DNA from: a virus
Taxonomy: Duplodnaviria > Heunggongvirae > Uroviricota > Caudoviricetes
DNA: 61,499 bases
Reading direction: 5' to 3' (one strand)
Virus record (IMG/VR): IMGVR_UViG_3300029288_000054
Span: 326,607-388,105 of that record
Below, one piece after another: positions 58,827-61,499 of this stretch; position 1 is the stretch's first letter; each line of letters starts with the position of its first letter. The position numbers and the translations under genes are program-made. Below the pieces are notes generated by a model that did not search any database, had not been told where the DNA came from, and worked only from the letters and a program-made list of their open reading frames with translations.

Positions 58827-59324
58827 ATGATTGACGGTAGGATTTATGGCATTCAGCGTGCTCGTATGCAACAAGAAGTAGACAGGGCGAATGATAGAGC
58901 ACGTGGAAATTATGGGTCTTCGCTGTCGTGCGACAGGCCGATTAGTGAAAAGAAACACAAGATATGTCCAGAGTGTTCTGCTCCTGTGCTTTGTGCTACA
59001 CAGAAATGCCAATCATGCGGTTATATGTTTTGGGAACGTGTAAACGGCGTGAATGTGTACAAGAAGAAAAACAACGGCAAAAGGCAGTGTCCAGATTGTA
59101 ACGGCTGGCTCAACACATGGGAGCCTGTTTGTGGGTGTGGCCACCATTTTGAGCCGATAATTGTAGCATCTTTTGAGATTCAGATACCTTTACCTAAAGG
59201 CATCACAATGGAACAGATGCAAAACCATATCAGCGGTGCTGTTCGGTCGTTGTATAGTGGTCTGTCTGACGATTCGGTGGATAGTGTGAAAGTGAAGAAC
59301 GGCAAAACCATTAAGATCAAATAA
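58827..59324 (+). CDS. double zinc-ribbon protein
   Basis: CPEC..CQSCG and CPDC..CGCG. Confidence 0.65.
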   Translation: MIDGRIYGIQRARMQQEVDRANDRARGNYGSSLSCDRPISEKKHKICPECSAPVLCATQKCQSCGYMFWERVNGVNVYKKKNNGKRQCPDCNGWLNTWEPVCGCGHHFEPIIVASFEIQIPLPKGITMEQMQNHISGAVRSLYSGLSDDSVDSVKVKNGKTIKIK

Positions 59325-59734
59325 TGAGTGCTCTTACTAGATCAAAAGCCAGTCGCAAGCGTTATGCCCAAAAGCACCACAATCATAGTGAGATGGCTGG
59401 GCAGTTGGTGCGGCATAGGAAGATCAAAGAAAAACAGATCATGAGCACGACTAGTACAACCATTTCAGGTAGTGCAAAAACAGTGAAGCGTAAGCGGCTG
59501 CATTGCGTCAAAGCACAGATAGCCTGTCATGATGCTTTTGATCGATTATGGCAGGGACCTACACAAACCATGCCCCGTTGGCGAGCATACAAATACCTGC
59601 AAGAAATCGTCGGCGTTAGCCATATCAAGTACCTGAATGCGACTCAGTGCAGGCTGGTGATAATGCAAGTGAAGAGCGATTTCCCGCAGCTATTTGGTGT
59701 GCGGCGTAGCTGGAGGTTCAACCAAGGCATATGA
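59324..59734 (+). CDS. DUF3268-like phage protein
   Basis: HDAFDRLW...RWRAYKYL...HI...QC motif. Confidence 0.55.
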   Translation: MSALTRSKASRKRYAQKHHNHSEMAGQLVRHRKIKEKQIMSTTSTTISGSAKTVKRKRLHCVKAQIACHDAFDRLWQGPTQTMPRWRAYKYLQEIVGVSHIKYLNATQCRLVIMQVKSDFPQLFGVRRSWRFNQGI

Positions 59735-60117
59735 AAAGAACCAAACACACGACAATTGAAGAAGTACTCGAACATACACGAGCGAGAATAGAGGAACATG
59801 GCGACGGTGGTGGTGGCGGTTGTTTAATCGGCAATGATGTCGATATATGGACCGCTCATCGCTGCAGGATAACGGTAGAGGACGCAAAACGCCGCAGACT
59901 TGCGTCGATGGCGGAGGGCACTATGCCATTGCCGTTTGGTAACGATGATGACTATGCCTCGCGTAGCGAGAAAATACCATATGGTATGCATAGTTTCGTT
60001 ATCCATACGCTATCGTGGCGTGCAACCGACATTGATATCTGGATTGCGAAAATTGAGCTTGAGTTGTTTTATACCAGGCCAGGAATTCCTGTTGGAATCA
60101 GTAATATTCCTAGCTAA
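59731..60117 (+). CDS. hypothetical protein
   Basis: ATGA-coupled 128-aa ORF. Confidence 0.5.
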   Translation: MKRTKHTTIEEVLEHTRARIEEHGDGGGGGCLIGNDVDIWTAHRCRITVEDAKRRRLASMAEGTMPLPFGNDDDYASRSEKIPYGMHSFVIHTLSWRATDIDIWIAKIELELFYTRPGIPVGISNIPS

Positions 60118-60150
60118 TCACTGCTAGGTTAATATTTCTCTTGTGTTCGC

Positions 60151-60180
60151 GAGAGGACACGGAGGGACACGGAGGGACAC
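60151..60180. repeat. 10-bp intergenic tandem repeat GGAGGGACAC
   Basis: GAGAGGACAC GGAGGGACAC GGAGGGACAC. Confidence 0.8.
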
Positions 60181-60252
60181 TGTTGTTAGTAGTCCAGCCG
60201 ATCCGTATTATAAGGGCTGGGGCAATAAACAACAGTCTTAGGAGATACTCAT

Positions 60253-60924
60253 ATGTTATGTAATCACTGCCGAAACCAGTTCACAATCGTATCAGGGCCT
60301 GCTATATGTCCAGTATGTGGCAAACTTGTCACTGCCGTCACATTAGACCAGGAGATGCTGGATAAGGTGAACGCGATAGTTGAGTTCAACGCACATCGGC
60401 AAGAAACAGGGCTACTGGGAACACGGAAGCAAGACCCATGTAGTAGTGATCGTGGCATCGACACATACGGTACGGAAGCCGAACTGGTGGCTTGTATGCT
60501 GTTGTGCCCTGATCGAGTACCCGAGTGGTTCGAGACACGCGGGCCAAATCGAGGCATGGATCTGCCTGCCGAATGGATGGGAATGTCAAAACCAGCAGAA
60601 ATCAAGCAAACTAAACACCTAGGCGGTCACTTAATCATCAGACCGCCAAAAAATGTCGGATACGAGATGCGAGAAGAATATGTCGATGATTGCATCTATA
60701 TCTTGGTGACAGGGCCAGGCACTATCGACAGAACATATACATTACGCGGTTGGACTGATCGAGCACACTTCCTGAGTCATGTGAACAAATCGCCGGTAGG
60801 CAATGTGCCCTACGGCAAATGCGAATGCTGGGGTATTCACGTGAACAATCTGTTGCCAATGGAGTCGTTATATGAAAGAAGAACGCTTGGCGAGCGGCAA
60901 GCTCGAATTATACTACCTATTTGA
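60253..60924 (+). CDS. hypothetical protein, possible PD-(D/E)xK-like nuclease with N-terminal Zn ribbon
   Basis: AGGAG SD; CNHC/CPVC; GTEAE...GMD...EIK. Confidence 0.5.
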   Translation: MLCNHCRNQFTIVSGPAICPVCGKLVTAVTLDQEMLDKVNAIVEFNAHRQETGLLGTRKQDPCSSDRGIDTYGTEAELVACMLLCPDRVPEWFETRGPNRGMDLPAEWMGMSKPAEIKQTKHLGGHLIIRPPKNVGYEMREEYVDDCIYILVTGPGTIDRTYTLRGWTDRAHFLSHVNKSPVGNVPYGKCECWGIHVNNLLPMESLYERRTLGERQARIILPI

Positions 60925-61126
60925 AGAACCAGCTAGTATGCAGTGGGACATATACTCCCACAAGCTTCTTGTCGGCGATGGAGATAATGTCATTCTCGAC
61001 GAGAACAGTCATTCAGTGGATATAAATAGCTCTTCTGGTGGCCATACTGCTAGACGCACGTCGATCCCCGTCAAATTGCTGGTAAAACTGATTCGTGAGC
61101 ACGGCATAAAGCTGGAAGAAGCATAA
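60872..61126 (+). CDS. hypothetical protein
   Basis: 84-aa ORF. Confidence 0.45.
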   Translation: MKEERLASGKLELYYLFEEPASMQWDIYSHKLLVGDGDNVILDENSHSVDINSSSGGHTARRTSIPVKLLVKLIREHGIKLEEA

Positions 61127-61151
61127 TACCATCAATCATGAGACAAAAGAC

Positions 61152-61499
61152 ATGAACAAAAAAGCGAAGCCGAGGTGTTCTTGTGGATGGGATAAATTCG
61201 TGGCGAAAGCCGAAGTAGAGAACTTGAAGCTATCTGATGGTGTTGTATCGGCGGACGTTAAAATCGTCCATACTTGTAGACGATGCAAGAAAATCGCTAA
61301 ATCGACCACAACTCATGGCGAATGCCAGATAGAACACGTCGATGCTCCAAATCTATCTGTCCAAATCGTCCTAAGGGACAAGATCACTATGTATGCTAGT
61401 GGTAGCAATTATCTCAAATATCGCATTTGCTTTGCGATAGTGAGCACTTGCAGCCATGGATACACTAAAGAGTGTTATCGCGGATTCTTCAAAGTGAGT
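61152..61499 (+). CDS. hypothetical protein, truncated by the window end
   Basis: Open frame from ATG 61152 (MNKKAKPRCSCG...) to the end. Confidence 0.5.
   Translation, partial: MNKKAKPRCSCGWDKFVAKAEVENLKLSDGVVSADVKIVHTCRRCKKIAKSTTTHGECQIEHVDAPNLSVQIVLRDKITMYASGSNYLKYRICFAIVSTCSHGYTKECYRGFFKVS

Noticed and set aside
1-61499. Alternative genetic code (stop-codon reassignment)
   Set aside because: Conserved genes are full length in code 11 and end at TAA, TAG and TGA at expected positions

Overview
Gene-dense fragment of a large contractile-tailed (T4-like/myovirus) bacteriophage genome, read in the standard code. Order on the + strand: neck and tail terminator (gp13/gp14/gp15-like), sheath, three tail-tube paralogs, hub chaperones, two large adhesin-like proteins, primase, baseplate hub, tape measure, baseplate genes (spike, gp25, gp6), class II ribonucleotide reductase, UvsW-like helicase (- strand), gp55-like sigma factor, ferritin-like fusion, terminases, subtilisin, portal, a 1,000-aa acidic head protein, an inserted 7.7-kb accessory block (membrane proteins, degenerate SNase, papain-like peptidase, gmd, fcl, glycosyltransferase), scaffold, major capsid protein, a frameshifted HNH-like gene and small hypotheticals. 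A planctomycete-type dockerin and other surface-protein modules suggest a Planctomycetota host (inference). Main points of interest: a GDP-fucose/glycosyltransferase pathway inside the head module together with a Ser/Pro stalk protein; a ferritin-like domain fused to a probable head protein; ATG/GTG/ACG starts on three tube paralogs; a sigma factor with a Zn-ribbon insertion; a structured sheath leader RNA; and a candidate +1 frameshift in the hub chaperone. All family assignments come from motif recognition by eye; no searches were run.
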